Shown: positions 42,210-51,264 of the stretch, piece by piece
Position numbering within the stretch: position 1 is the stretch's first letter
Layout: each line of letters opens with the position of its first letter
Source of the DNA: Verrucomicrobiia bacterium
Lineage (GTDB): Bacteria > Verrucomicrobiota > Verrucomicrobiia > Limisphaerales > UBA11358
Direction of reading: 5' to 3'
DNA length: 64,000 nucleotides
Assembly (NCBI GenBank): GCA_035545995.1
Contig: DASZXH010000053.1
Span: 33,345 to 97,344, forward strand
Program-made: the position numbers and the translations under genes
Notes under the pieces: model-generated
Seen by the model: the letters and a program-made list of their open reading frames with translations, nothing else
Databases searched by the model: none
Told to the model about the DNA's origin: nothing

Positions 42210-43217
42210 ATGAAATTTTTTCGGGTGCTGCTATTGTGGCTGGCGATTTTTGCGTCGCCGGCGCGCGCGGCTTTCATCAACGGACAAAATTACGTTGCGC
42301 TTTCGGGCTGGGCGCACGCCAACGGTTTTCATTTCTCATTCGCCAATCGCAACGATGTTATTTTGTCCAACGGAAATGCGCGTCTGGTTTTTGATGTGGA
42401 TTCGGCGGAAGCGCAAATCAACGGCGTCAACATCCGCCTCTCATTTCCGGTGGCCAAAGGCGCGTTGATTTCGCAATTCGATTTGGACAAAACCATCCGG
42501 CCATTGCTGTCTCCGGGGCGTTATCTACCGCCAAAAAAAATTACGACGATTTGTCTCGATCCCGGTCACGGCGGCAAGGACACCGGCAATCGCGTCGGCA
42601 ATTTTTTTTATGCCCACAACGAAAAAACTTACACGCTCGCGCTGGCGCTGGAATTGCGCGAGCAGTTGCGACGCGCCGGATTCAACGTGATTCTCACGCG
42701 CAGCAAGGATGTTTACGTGGATTTGCCCGCGCGTCCGGCCATCGCGAATCGTGCGGGCGCGGATTTGTTCATCAGTTTGCATTTCAACGCGACGCCCACC
42801 AGCAAAAATGAAGTGCAAGGGACGGAAGTTTATTGCATCACGCCCGTCGGCGCGTCGTCGTCGAATTCGCAGGGCGAAGGCGCGGATCACGGCGCGACGG
42901 CGGCTAACCGCGTCGAACAAAAAAGTTTGCTGCTCGCGTATCAAATGCAAAAATCGCTCGTGCAGAATCTGCGCGTGAATGACCGCGACGTGCGCCGCGC
43001 GCGCTTCGCCGTGCTGCGAGACGCGCAGATGCCCGCCATTTTGATCGAAGGCGGTTACATGACGCATCCGGTCGAGAGCAAAAAAATTTATGACGCGACG
43101 TATCGTCAGCAAATGGCGGCGGCCATCGTAAAAGGAATTCTGGCCTATCAAAAATTGTCCGTGCCGATGGTGATTCAACCGGCAATTAAATCCACGCCCA
43201 AAAAGAAATCGCCATGA
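42210..43217 (+). CDS. N-acetylmuramoyl-L-alanine amidase (Amidase_3, AmiC-like with N-terminal AMIN-like domain)
   Basis: Signal peptide MKFFRVLLLWLAIFASPARA. ICLDPGHGGKDTG, DLFISLHFNA, GTEVYC, ILIEGGYMTHP. Confidence 0.9.
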   Translation: MKFFRVLLLWLAIFASPARAAFINGQNYVALSGWAHANGFHFSFANRNDVILSNGNARLVFDVDSAEAQINGVNIRLSFPVAKGALISQFDLDKTIRPLLSPGRYLPPKKITTICLDPGHGGKDTGNRVGNFFYAHNEKTYTLALALELREQLRRAGFNVILTRSKDVYVDLPARPAIANRAGADLFISLHFNATPTSKNEVQGTEVYCITPVGASSSNSQGEGADHGATAANRVEQKSLLLAYQMQKSLVQNLRVNDRDVRRARFAVLRDAQMPAILIEGGYMTHPVESKKIYDATYRQQMAAAIVKGILAYQKLSVPMVIQPAIKSTPKKKSP

Positions 43218-43759
43218 GCATCGTGACGAAAACGGGAGACTCGGGAACGACGGCGTTGATGTATGGCCGGCGTGTGACGAAAAATCATCCGCGCGTCGAA
43301 GCCTACGGCACGGTGGATGAACTGAACGCCGCGCTGGGATTGGCGCGCGCGACGGCGACGGAAATCTTTGTTGGTGAAAATCTGTTGGCGATTCAAAAAG
43401 ATTTAATCACGCTCATGGGTGAATTATGCGTGCAACCGGAAGATTTGAAACGCTACGTCGAAGACGGCTATTCGCTGGTCACAACGGCGTTGACGACCAA
43501 ATTGGACGCGCTCGTCAAAGAAATTGGAGCGCAAAACGTCAGTTTCAAAGGCTGGGCGACGCCGGGCGCGACGCACAATTCTGCCGCGCTGGACATGGCG
43601 CGAACGATTTGCCGCCGCGCGGAACGGCGCGTGTGCGATTTGAGAGACACCGGCGAAGCGATGAATCCTGAAATCGTGATTTACCTGAACCGCTTGAGCG
43701 ATTTACTTTGGCTGTTCGCGCGCTGGGTGGAAACGAAATCAGGAGCAATCGGGAAATAG
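43214..43759 (+). CDS. PduO-type ATP:cob(I)alamin adenosyltransferase
   Basis: 181 aa. TKTGDSGTTALMYGRRVTKNHPRVEAYGTVDELNAALG. ATGA overlap with the amidase stop. Confidence 0.9.
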   Translation: MSIVTKTGDSGTTALMYGRRVTKNHPRVEAYGTVDELNAALGLARATATEIFVGENLLAIQKDLITLMGELCVQPEDLKRYVEDGYSLVTTALTTKLDALVKEIGAQNVSFKGWATPGATHNSAALDMARTICRRAERRVCDLRDTGEAMNPEIVIYLNRLSDLLWLFARWVETKSGAIGK

Positions 43760-43773
43760 TCGTTTTCAAAAAA

Positions 43774-43808
43774 TAAACGCGCCGATTTCAGGTCGGCGCG
43801 TTTATTTT
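43774..43808. terminator. bidirectional intrinsic terminator between convergent genes
   Basis: TAAACGCGCCGA-TTTCAGG-TCGGCGCGTTTA, flanked by an A-run upstream and TTTTGTTT downstream. Confidence 0.75.
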
Positions 43809-43822
43809 GTTTGCCGGACAAA

Positions 43823-44527
43823 TTATTTTTGCGCGGCGGCGATTTCTGCTTTGGCTTCCGCCAAATCTTTTTGGAAATCAGGATTATTATTCATTTCACG
43901 AACGATGGCTTGCGCCAATACACGACCAGCATAAATATCAGTCGGATAATGCCGCGCGATTTCCACGCGATGCCAGCCGATGGTGCGCGCTTCGCCAATC
44001 AAGGCGTCGCGTTTGTCGGGAAACAATTCCGCGAGCACGAGCGCCAGCGTCATGGATTCGGTCGAATGGCCGCTCGGATAGCTGAAACTTTTCTGCAATG
44101 TGCCGCTGGTGGCGAGACCGGGTTCCAGGACAAATGGACGTGGGCGTTTCCAATGGTCTTTGCAGGAGTTCAGAGTTTCCGAAGCGTCGTGATGCACGCG
44201 TTTCAGGAAGGCTTCCGTTTTTGGCAGTTTGCCGGAAAGCAAATCATCGCCGATGATTGACTCAAAATACGAAAGTGAAACGCCTTTGTTTTCAATCAAC
44301 GCGGCGGCGACGTCGTTGCTCGGCGCGTTGTGGCAAACGGCTTCGACTTCGGCGAGATCATATTTTTGTTCCGGCGAATCCGGCAACGGCGGCGGCGCGA
44401 GCAGGGCAATCGGGTCGAGATGACTGTTGGCGAGATAAAAAGTTTCCCCGGCGCACGATCCTCTTGTGCAAATTCCGAAAAGAATTGCGATTAAAATGCA
44501 AGTGCGACGGAACAAAATGGATTTCAT
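43823..44527 (-). CDS. class A (PAP2) acid phosphatase, secreted
   Basis: 234 aa. Signal peptide. KDHWKRPRP, YPSGHS, HRVEIARHYPTD. Confidence 0.88.
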   Translation of the reverse strand: MKSILFRRTCILIAILFGICTRGSCAGETFYLANSHLDPIALLAPPPLPDSPEQKYDLAEVEAVCHNAPSNDVAAALIENKGVSLSYFESIIGDDLLSGKLPKTEAFLKRVHHDASETLNSCKDHWKRPRPFVLEPGLATSGTLQKSFSYPSGHSTESMTLALVLAELFPDKRDALIGEARTIGWHRVEIARHYPTDIYAGRVLAQAIVREMNNNPDFQKDLAEAKAEIAAAQK

Positions 44528-44570
44528 GTGATTATTTTAATGATTGATTTGACTTCGATTTCAAGCCGGC

Positions 44571-44611
44571 GAAATGAAAAATGGCGCAAGCATTGACTCG
44601 CGCCATTTTTG
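44571..44611 (-). terminator. intrinsic terminator after the LTD/PEP-CTERM gene
   Basis: AAAAATGGCGC-loop-GCGCCATTTTT hairpin starting ~15 nt after the stop at 44625. T-run on the minus strand (TTTTCATTTC). Confidence 0.65.
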
Positions 44612-44624
44612 AATTAATTGAAAA

Positions 44625-45332
44625 TTAGCTCCGGCGATTGCGATAAAAACCAATCAGACTGGCAGCACCTAAACCAAGCATTGCAAAAGTGGTAGGTTCG
44701 GGGACAGGAGACACGTTGCCGGGTGAGCCAATTTCTTTTCCGTCAGCCGAAAGAAACGCGCCATTCACACCGACAACACTTGCTTGTGAAATAGCGCCGC
44801 TCAATCCGGCAGTATTGTCAAAGGTGGCGCCGGTGGGAGCAGAGCCAAAAGTCACTCCGGTCACGGCATTGCCCGAACCGTCAAAGATATTCACGGCATC
44901 GCCGCTCGTGCTAAGCCCAACGCCTGAACCGCCATAATTTCCAATCGTTAATCCCACCGGCGCCGTGCCACCAAACCACGCGCTGATGAAATTTGCATCG
45001 AGCGTGGCGGTCGCAGTGGGTGACAAGAGGGCACCTCCACTACCATTAGGGTCGGTGTTTTCAATGAAGACAACAGTTTGCCCGGCTGCAATGCTGGTCA
45101 CGCCGGTAAGCGGAACCGCATTGGCGATTTTGTCTGAACTGTCATCCATTTCCCAGCCGGTGATGTCCACGGCTGAAGCGCCGGTGTTCTGGAGTTCAAA
45201 CCAGTCGGCGCCGTAGTCGGTATTGCCGCTGCCGGCCGGGTCAACTTCGGAAATGATGATTTGAGCTTGCGTGCAGACGGGCAATAAAGCGACCGCTGCG
45301 GTTGTCAGGGTTAAACGAGTCAGTTTTTTCAT
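44625..45332 (-). CDS. lamin-tail-domain (LTD) protein with PEP-CTERM sorting signal
   Basis: 235 aa. Signal peptide. LTD signature IISEVDPAGSGNTDYGADWFELQNTGASAVDITGWEMDDSS. C-terminal PVPEPTTFAMLGLGAASLIGFYRNRRS. Confidence 0.85.
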   Translation of the reverse strand: MKKLTRLTLTTAAVALLPVCTQAQIIISEVDPAGSGNTDYGADWFELQNTGASAVDITGWEMDDSSDKIANAVPLTGVTSIAAGQTVVFIENTDPNGSGGALLSPTATATLDANFISAWFGGTAPVGLTIGNYGGSGVGLSTSGDAVNIFDGSGNAVTGVTFGSAPTGATFDNTAGLSGAISQASVVGVNGAFLSADGKEIGSPGNVSPVPEPTTFAMLGLGAASLIGFYRNRRS

Positions 45333-45411
45333 AATTTTAACTATTTTATGGTTATGGCGTTACGATTTTAGAATAGATGTTACGATTCAGGAAATGGTTT
45401 CAATAAAAAAA

Positions 45412-46191
45412 TCAATTGGGACTTACACTCGGATCAGTCGTCCAAACGATTTCCGTTTGCGGCAGAATTGCCTCGCCTTCACTTGGGTCGCCGGTCTTGG
45501 TTTGGACGACCTGGTCACCTTTGTATCCTTGAGCGTGTCCGTCCACGAAAGTTAAATTACCTGTGCCGTTGTGCCGCGCAACAAAGCGACTAGCATAACT
45601 GCTGGGCTGACCCAGATTATCGGTCTTCTGTTTTGGATCCACCATCGGTTCACCGTCCAAACGATTTTCTAAAAAGAAGACGGTCGCCGAAGGTTGCCTT
45701 ACGGCAGAAACTTTGATGGTTGTGTTATTTCCCTCAATCAGTTTTGAATTCATCGCCACAGAAAAATAAATATACGGGCTGGCCGTTGTGATGGCGGTGA
45801 AATGCGCGGTGGGACAATGAAATAAACCTTCAGTATTGTAAAAATCAACGTGATTGGTCGGATGATAACTACTGGCAGCCCGTTGGTTGATGACAGGCGG
45901 CAATGCGTTATACCAAGTATCATGGCTGACGCTCGGGCTGCCGACATTGGACCAAAAATCCAGAGTGCTACCGCCGTTGATGGCGGATTCGCGTGGGATG
46001 AAATCGCCGTTGTCCTGCGAATACATCATTTGAGCCAAACCCCATTGCCGAAGTTTGTTCATGCATGACGTTTTTTGTGCCGCGCCCTTTGCGCGAGCAA
46101 GCGCGGGCAAAAGCATCGCCGCCAAAATCGCGATGATGGCAATGACCACCAGAAGTTCAATGAGTGTAAATCCTTTTTGTGATTTTTTCAT
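45412..46191 (-). CDS. prepilin-type N-terminal cleavage/methylation protein of the H-X9-DG (DUF1559-like) class
   Basis: Start trimmed to 46191. [32 protein letters not shown]-terminal [13 protein letters not shown] fits H-X9-DG. Its ATG overlaps the upstream stop (ATGA). Confidence 0.88.
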   Translation of the reverse strand: MKKSQKGFTLIELLVVIAIIAILAAMLLPALARAKGAAQKTSCMNKLRQWGLAQMMYSQDNGDFIPRESAINGGSTLDFWSNVGSPSVSHDTWYNALPPVINQRAASSYHPTNHVDFYNTEGLFHCPTAHFTAITTASPYIYFSVAMNSKLIEGNNTTIKVSAVRQPSATVFFLENRLDGEPMVDPKQKTDNLGQPSSYASRFVARHNGTGNLTFVDGHAQGYKGDQVVQTKTGDPSEGEAILPQTEIVWTTDPSVSPN

Positions 46192-48149
46192 TGGTTCAGG
46201 AGGTTGTATCTGACGCGGTAAAATCGTTGGCTGTCGGTTGCTGGATCGAAAAAGTTCATCACGTTCGTATTGCCGGAATTCAAACTGGTCAGAGTCTGCC
46301 AACTCGCGTCAGTCAAATTGGTTTTGTATTCCACGACATAATTCCAATTCGGTTGCGCCGTCCAAGAAAGCGAAGTTCCGCTGCCCGTCGTCGTGATGTT
46401 GTTGAAGTGCGCAGGATTGATGACGCTTCCGGGCGAACCGATGTCACCGCCATCCGCTGCGGCAAATGCACCATTGGTTCCAGCGACGCTCAAGCCGTCA
46501 GGATTGATGCCGGAGAAAATCTGATTGACTGGATCATAACTGAAAGAAACCTGATTTAAATTAGCCGCGATGCTGACGGAATCAATGTAATCCACAATGC
46601 TCGTGGCGGCGGCGTTCCACACCGTCAACGCATCGCCCGAAGTGCCGCTGAAACTTATGCCGCTGCCGTGATAGGTGACGATTTGCAGATTGGGCGGCAA
46701 TTGATTTGCGCCCCACCATTCGCGGAACTCATCCGGCGTCATGTCTTCGACCAGCACGATGGACTCACCGGGCGCGATGATGACATCGTTGGTGATGGTC
46801 AAGGCTTGCGAAAACGGGGCGGCGGTAAATGCCGAATCATCATCAAAGCGGAAGCCGCGCAAGTTCACCGGAAAATCGCCAAAGTTGCTTAATTCCCACC
46901 AATCGTTATGGCCGGACGATTCGCTCGACATGATTTCGGTGATGCGCAAATCCGGTTTGGGCGTGACGGTCAAAACGGTCGAAGCATTCGTGCTGCCGGC
47001 GGAATTGGACAAGACGACCGTGTAAGTTCCTGATTGATTTGTGTCAGAAACATTGATTTGAAGCTGTGAATCGGTTTGGTCCGGAAGATTATTGCTGTTC
47101 AATTGCCATTGATAAGTTGGTGGCGGATTACCAAACGCGCTGGCGGTCAACGTGACGGTTTGTCCGGGATACGCCGACAAACTCGTCGTGGGTGTTTGGG
47201 TGAAAATGGGCGCGAACGGCGCAGTGTTCACCGTAAGTGTGGCGTTGGAACTCACGACGACGGGCTGGAGGCCATTTGTGACGTTGACCCGAAAAATTCC
47301 GGCATTCGTGATTTGCACGTTTGTAATCGTCAACGTCCCCAAACAAAAATTATTTGTTACCGCGAAAGTGATTTCAGCGACATTTGTGTCCACCGGTATG
47401 CCGTTCAACAACCATTGGAATCTTGGTTTAGGCAGGCCGAACGCCTTGATTTGAAAACTTGCCATGCCGCCGACATTGACCAATACATTCGACGGTTGAT
47501 TGACAATGACGATTGGCCCCGGATTGGTCGAAGCGATTCCCGGTGAACCAACGTCAGTTGTGGTTGCGGCCACAAAAGCGCCATTGACACCGACGACATT
47601 CGTAATTCCAAAAGTGCCGTCATTCGTGTTACAAATCAGCGAATTGCCGGCGGGCGCGCCCAAAGTATCCACTTTGTCCACGAGAAAATCCGGCGCTTGA
47701 TCCAAATCCAGTCCATTGGTGTTTGAACCCAGCGCGGCAATGTTTGTATTCCACAAACGCACGGTATCACCGCCAGCGCCCAAACCCGGGTCGGCGGCGT
47801 TTAACACGACAACTTGAACACTGTCGCCGATGCCCCACCAATCGCGGAATGTTGTGGCGTTTGTCACAACACCCTTTTGTTCCGTCACGACAATGGATTC
47901 TCCCGGATGAATAGTAACGCCGGTGAATGGCGCTGAATCCGCGCCAGAAAATCCGCCGTGAGAATCGTCGTTCCACGAATAACCCGTGAGGTCAACACTG
48001 TTTGTCCCAAAATCGGTTAGCTCCCACCAATCAGGATGACTGCCGTCCACTTCCGAAGTCATCACTTCAGTGATTGCAAGTTGCGCGCGGGCCTGGGAAA
48101 AAGCGCAAAGCCCAATCAATAAAAAAACTGATGAGAATCGTTTGACCAT
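46188..48149 (-). CDS. secreted protein with two LTD domains flanking three Ig (I-set-like) domains
   Basis: Start trimmed to 48149 (AGGTGA 5 nt upstream), giving [25 protein letters not shown]1 is [41 protein letters not shown]2 is [37 protein letters not shown]. Ig-like [11 protein letters not shown] and [10 protein letters not shown]. Confidence 0.85.
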   Translation of the reverse strand: MVKRFSSVFLLIGLCAFSQARAQLAITEVMTSEVDGSHPDWWELTDFGTNSVDLTGYSWNDDSHGGFSGADSAPFTGVTIHPGESIVVTEQKGVVTNATTFRDWWGIGDSVQVVVLNAADPGLGAGGDTVRLWNTNIAALGSNTNGLDLDQAPDFLVDKVDTLGAPAGNSLICNTNDGTFGITNVVGVNGAFVAATTTDVGSPGIASTNPGPIVIVNQPSNVLVNVGGMASFQIKAFGLPKPRFQWLLNGIPVDTNVAEITFAVTNNFCLGTLTITNVQITNAGIFRVNVTNGLQPVVVSSNATLTVNTAPFAPIFTQTPTTSLSAYPGQTVTLTASAFGNPPPTYQWQLNSNNLPDQTDSQLQINVSDTNQSGTYTVVLSNSAGSTNASTVLTVTPKPDLRITEIMSSESSGHNDWWELSNFGDFPVNLRGFRFDDDSAFTAAPFSQALTITNDVIIAPGESIVLVEDMTPDEFREWWGANQLPPNLQIVTYHGSGISFSGTSGDALTVWNAAATSIVDYIDSVSIAANLNQVSFSYDPVNQIFSGINPDGLSVAGTNGAFAAADGGDIGSPGSVINPAHFNNITTTGSGTSLSWTAQPNWNYVVEYKTNLTDASWQTLTSLNSGNTNVMNFFDPATDSQRFYRVRYNLLNQ

Positions 48150-48257
48150 AAAATCACCTTTCATGGCAAAATCATGGAAGTAGCGTGTAACGGCAGATTG
48201 TCGGCAATGTGACGATTCGGAAACAAACCCGTTTTTGGCCTGTGAATAACTTGCCAA

Positions 48258-48968
48258 TTACAAACGGGTTAGCGCCGTAAAAAGTTCACCGTCAAAGTTG
48301 TGATAAGATTTCAATCGAAACCGTTTCGCGTCGGCCAGACACCGGAATCCCATCCCATCCGCAATCGTCGGCGCGGCGCGGCCACCAAAGATTTTCGGGC
48401 AAATCGTCAGATGCAATTCGTCCACAAGTCCAGCGCGAATCAGCGCGCCGTGAAGCTCCCCGCCGCCTTCGCAAAGCAGCCGTTTGACATTCCATTTTTC
48501 GCGCAGCCAGAGAAACGCCGCGCGAAAATCAATCTCATGCCCGCCGAAAATGTTCACTTCGTCGGCAACGGCGCGGAGCATTTTTAATTTTGTGCCGGTA
48601 ATCCGATGGGTGGTCAAAATCACGATGGGCGAAAAATGTTTTTGAAAGAGCTTCATCTTCGGATCCATCGCTCCCGAACCGCTGGCGATAACACGCAGTG
48701 GGAATTCCGCCAATCCGTTTTTCAATCGCTGTTCCTGAAATTTTCTTCCGCCGTTGCCTAAAATGGTTTTTGTTACTTCGACGGTTCGCGCGCCGCAGAG
48801 AATCGCATCCGCCGTCGCGCGCAATTCCATCATGTGTTCATGGTCACGCGCACTGCTGAACGGAGCAAATCCGCCGCCGGTGAAGGCAATTTTTCCGTCC
48901 GCCGTCATCGCAAAATTGGAAAAGACAAACGGCAACTTTGGGCTTTGGGCTTTGGACTTTGGACTCAT
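48258..48968 (-). CDS. RibD C-terminal-domain reductase (dihydrofolate-reductase-like fold)
   Basis: 236 aa. NFAMTADGKIA, LCGARTV, LLCEGGGELHGALIRAGLVDELHLTICP. The first 12 codons are encoded by a heptamer repeat. Confidence 0.8.
   Translation of the reverse strand: MSPKSKAQSPKLPFVFSNFAMTADGKIAFTGGGFAPFSSARDHEHMMELRATADAILCGARTVEVTKTILGNGGRKFQEQRLKNGLAEFPLRVIASGSGAMDPKMKLFQKHFSPIVILTTHRITGTKLKMLRAVADEVNIFGGHEIDFRAAFLWLREKWNVKRLLCEGGGELHGALIRAGLVDELHLTICPKIFGGRAAPTIADGMGFRCLADAKRFRLKSYHNFDGELFTALTRL
48936..48963. repeat. 4 x 7-bp tandem repeat CTTTGGG CTTTGGG CTTTGGA CTTTGGA
   Basis: Read directly. It lies inside the first codons of the RibD-C-like gene (minus-strand SPKSKAQSPK). Confidence 0.85.
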
Positions 48969-50035
48969 AAAATCAGCATCGCGTCGCCATAACTGAAGAA
49001 ACGGTATCGTTCGCGAACGGCTTCGGTGTAAGCGGCCAAAATCATTTCGCGTCCGCGTGCCTCGCCCGGCGCGGCGAACGCGCTAACCAGCATCAGCAAC
49101 GTGGAACGCGGCAAATGGAAATTGGTCAGCAAGGCGTCCACGATTTGAAATCGAAACGGCGGAAAAATAAAAATGTCCGTTTTATCCCCATAAACATTGA
49201 GTTTTCCGCTGTTTTGTGCGGCGACGCTTTCCAATGCGCGCACGGTGGTCGTGCCGACAGCGAAGACGCGATGGCCGGATTGTTTTGCGTCGTTCACGGC
49301 GCGAACTGTTTCTTCGTCAATTTCAAATGTTTCCTCGTGCATTTTGTGCGCGGCCAGATTTTCTGTTTTCACCGGCATAAAAGTTCCCAAACCGACGTGC
49401 AACGTGACAAAACAAATTTTCACGCCGCGCGCGCGAATTTTTTCGAGCAATTCCGGTGTAAAATGCAATCCCGCCGTTGGCGCGGCAACTGAACCGTCAG
49501 CTTTCGCATAAACGGTTTGATAACGGTTTTTATCTTCGGGCAATTCACTTTCACGCCGGATGTATGGCGGCAGGGGAATTTCGCCCAAATGTTCAAGTTC
49601 GGCGCGAATTTCCGGCGTGCCGGAAAATTCCAATCGCCAGCGGCCTTCGCCATTTGTTTCAATGACCGTCGCTTGAATTTCAGTCAACTCACCATTTGGC
49701 CTGAAAAAACGGATTTGTGTTCCGATGCGGGCATTTTTACTTGGCCGCAACAAAACGCGCCAGTCATTGGTTTTTATTTCTTCAAACAAAAGAATCTCAA
49801 ATTTCCCGCCGGTTTTCGCATTTTTACCGTGCAATCTGGCGCGAATCACACGCGAGTCGTTCAAAACGAGGACGTCGCCGGCGTTTAAGAAATTCAACAA
49901 ATCGGGAAATTGCCGGTGTTCGAGGCGATGGTCATTTCGATGCAAAATCAAAAGCCGGGATTCATCCCGTTTAGTTGCGGGATGTTGCGCAATCAATTCC
50001 GGCGGCAGGGCAAAATCGAAATCAGCCGTTTGCAT
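48965..50035 (-). CDS. queA: S-adenosylmethionine:tRNA ribosyltransferase-isomerase
   Basis: 356 aa. FDFALPPELIAQHP, PLPPYI, YQTVYA, GSVAAPTAGLHFT, HVGLGTF, AVGTTTVRALES, FFSYGDAM. Confidence 0.96.
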   Translation of the reverse strand: MQTADFDFALPPELIAQHPATKRDESRLLILHRNDHRLEHRQFPDLLNFLNAGDVLVLNDSRVIRARLHGKNAKTGGKFEILLFEEIKTNDWRVLLRPSKNARIGTQIRFFRPNGELTEIQATVIETNGEGRWRLEFSGTPEIRAELEHLGEIPLPPYIRRESELPEDKNRYQTVYAKADGSVAAPTAGLHFTPELLEKIRARGVKICFVTLHVGLGTFMPVKTENLAAHKMHEETFEIDEETVRAVNDAKQSGHRVFAVGTTTVRALESVAAQNSGKLNVYGDKTDIFIFPPFRFQIVDALLTNFHLPRSTLLMLVSAFAAPGEARGREMILAAYTEAVRERYRFFSYGDAMLIL

Positions 50036-50167
50036 CGCGTCAAGTTTCGGGATTCAGGTTCAAGTTTCAAGCTGTCATGCAACAAAATTAAACGACGATG
50101 ATTTTTCATCGATTTTCGGGTTGTGAATAACTTTTGAATAAATCGGCTTTTTTAAGTCGGTTTTTTA

Positions 50168-50212
50168 TTGACATAGTGTGGGTTAAAGTGGATAAAAATG
50201 GGTCGTTGTGGG
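50168..50212 (+). promoter_or_regulatory. dcw promoter with a 4-box MraZ operator
   Basis: TTGACA at 50168-50173, and GATAAA 17 nt downstream (50191-50196). GTGGG / GTGGA / ATGGG / GTGGG start at 50178, 50188, 50198 and 50208, an exact 10-bp phasing. Confidence 0.7.
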
Positions 50213-50245
50213 TTATTATGCCGTTTTAGGAATCGTGGTGAATAA

Positions 50246-50710
50246 ATGGGAAACGCGAAAGTAAATGAACCGACTTATTACAATTCATGCTACCGACATG
50301 GCGTGGATGAGAAGCGTCGCGTTCAAATCCCGGCCAAATGGCGACCGGAAAAAGACGGCGTGGAGTTGACCGTCATTCTCTGGCCGCAACATCAAGCGGG
50401 CGCGTGCCTGCGCGTGTTGCCGCCGGCGCAAATGGCCAAAATGAAAGCGGACATTGACGCGATGCCCAATGGCGACCCAAACAAAGTTGTTTTGAAACGA
50501 TTTATTGGCAGCGAATCCGTCCAATTGCCTTTGGACAAGTCCGGACGGATTTGTCTGCCGGACGAAATGGCGCGCGCGGCGGACATCAAAGATGAAGTGG
50601 TATTCGTTGGTTTGCTCGACCGTTTTGAAATTTGGAATCCAAGTCGTTACGAAAATGTCAAGGCCGCCGACGCGGTGCTCGCGTCCGAAGCCTTCAAATT
50701 GATGGAATGA
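50246..50710 (+). CDS. mraZ: transcriptional regulator MraZ
   Basis: 154 aa. Two SpoVT/AbrB-like halves: GVDEKRRVQIPAKWR and LDKSGRICLPDEMAR. Confidence 0.93.
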   Translation: MGNAKVNEPTYYNSCYRHGVDEKRRVQIPAKWRPEKDGVELTVILWPQHQAGACLRVLPPAQMAKMKADIDAMPNGDPNKVVLKRFIGSESVQLPLDKSGRICLPDEMARAADIKDEVVFVGLLDRFEIWNPSRYENVKAADAVLASEAFKLME

Positions 50711-51243
50711 TTATGAATCTGGGAAAATTATTGGCCGCCGGGAAAAGCATCAAAAACGGGCGTGGAACGGTTTCGTATCGCGAAAGCAAGCGCGTCTATT
50801 TGCCTAAATTCATTTCGCCCAAAAATCCATTTAATGACGTCGCCAAATCTGAACCGGCGGAATCAATAAAGACAGCGCCAGCACAAATCACCGCTTCGCC
50901 GGCAATTGAAAAATCGGAGAGTAAGACACAAAAGTTGCCGGTCGTTTCCGCCAAGCCCGTACGCACGACAAATTGGATTGGGAAATTCAATCCGGTTTCG
51001 ATTTGGCATAGCGCGGAAGAAAAAAAGACGCCGCCGCAACCGGTTCAAGCCGAACTTTCGTTGGAAAAAATCAAAGTCGTTCACAACGATTTGACGGACG
51101 TGGATGTTGAAGTTGTGCCCATCAAATCGCGCACAAACAATCCGGTTTCCGAACCGGCTTTTTCGCCGGTCGTCGGCGTGGAAGCGGGCAAGAATTTTTG
51201 GAATCGTCTGGACGAAAAATTTTTTGGAACGAACGCAGCGTGA
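50707..51243 (+). CDS. hypothetical low-complexity protein between mraZ and rsmH
   Basis: 178 aa from the ATG at 50707, which overlaps the mraZ stop (ATGA). Pro/Ser/Lys-rich, with no TM helix obvious. Confidence 0.5.
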   Translation: MIMNLGKLLAAGKSIKNGRGTVSYRESKRVYLPKFISPKNPFNDVAKSEPAESIKTAPAQITASPAIEKSESKTQKLPVVSAKPVRTTNWIGKFNPVSIWHSAEEKKTPPQPVQAELSLEKIKVVHNDLTDVDVEVVPIKSRTNNPVSEPAFSPVVGVEAGKNFWNRLDEKFFGTNAA

Positions 51244-51264
51244 AAATTTGAAAAATGATGCGCA

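Noticed and set aside
50038-50075. CAAGTTTC-type iterations upstream of queA as a separate regulatory site
   Set aside because: It consists only of two to three degenerate copies (CAAGTTTC GGGATTCAGGTT CAAGTTTCAAGC). It is treated as another member of the 5'-proximal simple-repeat class rather than as its own feature.
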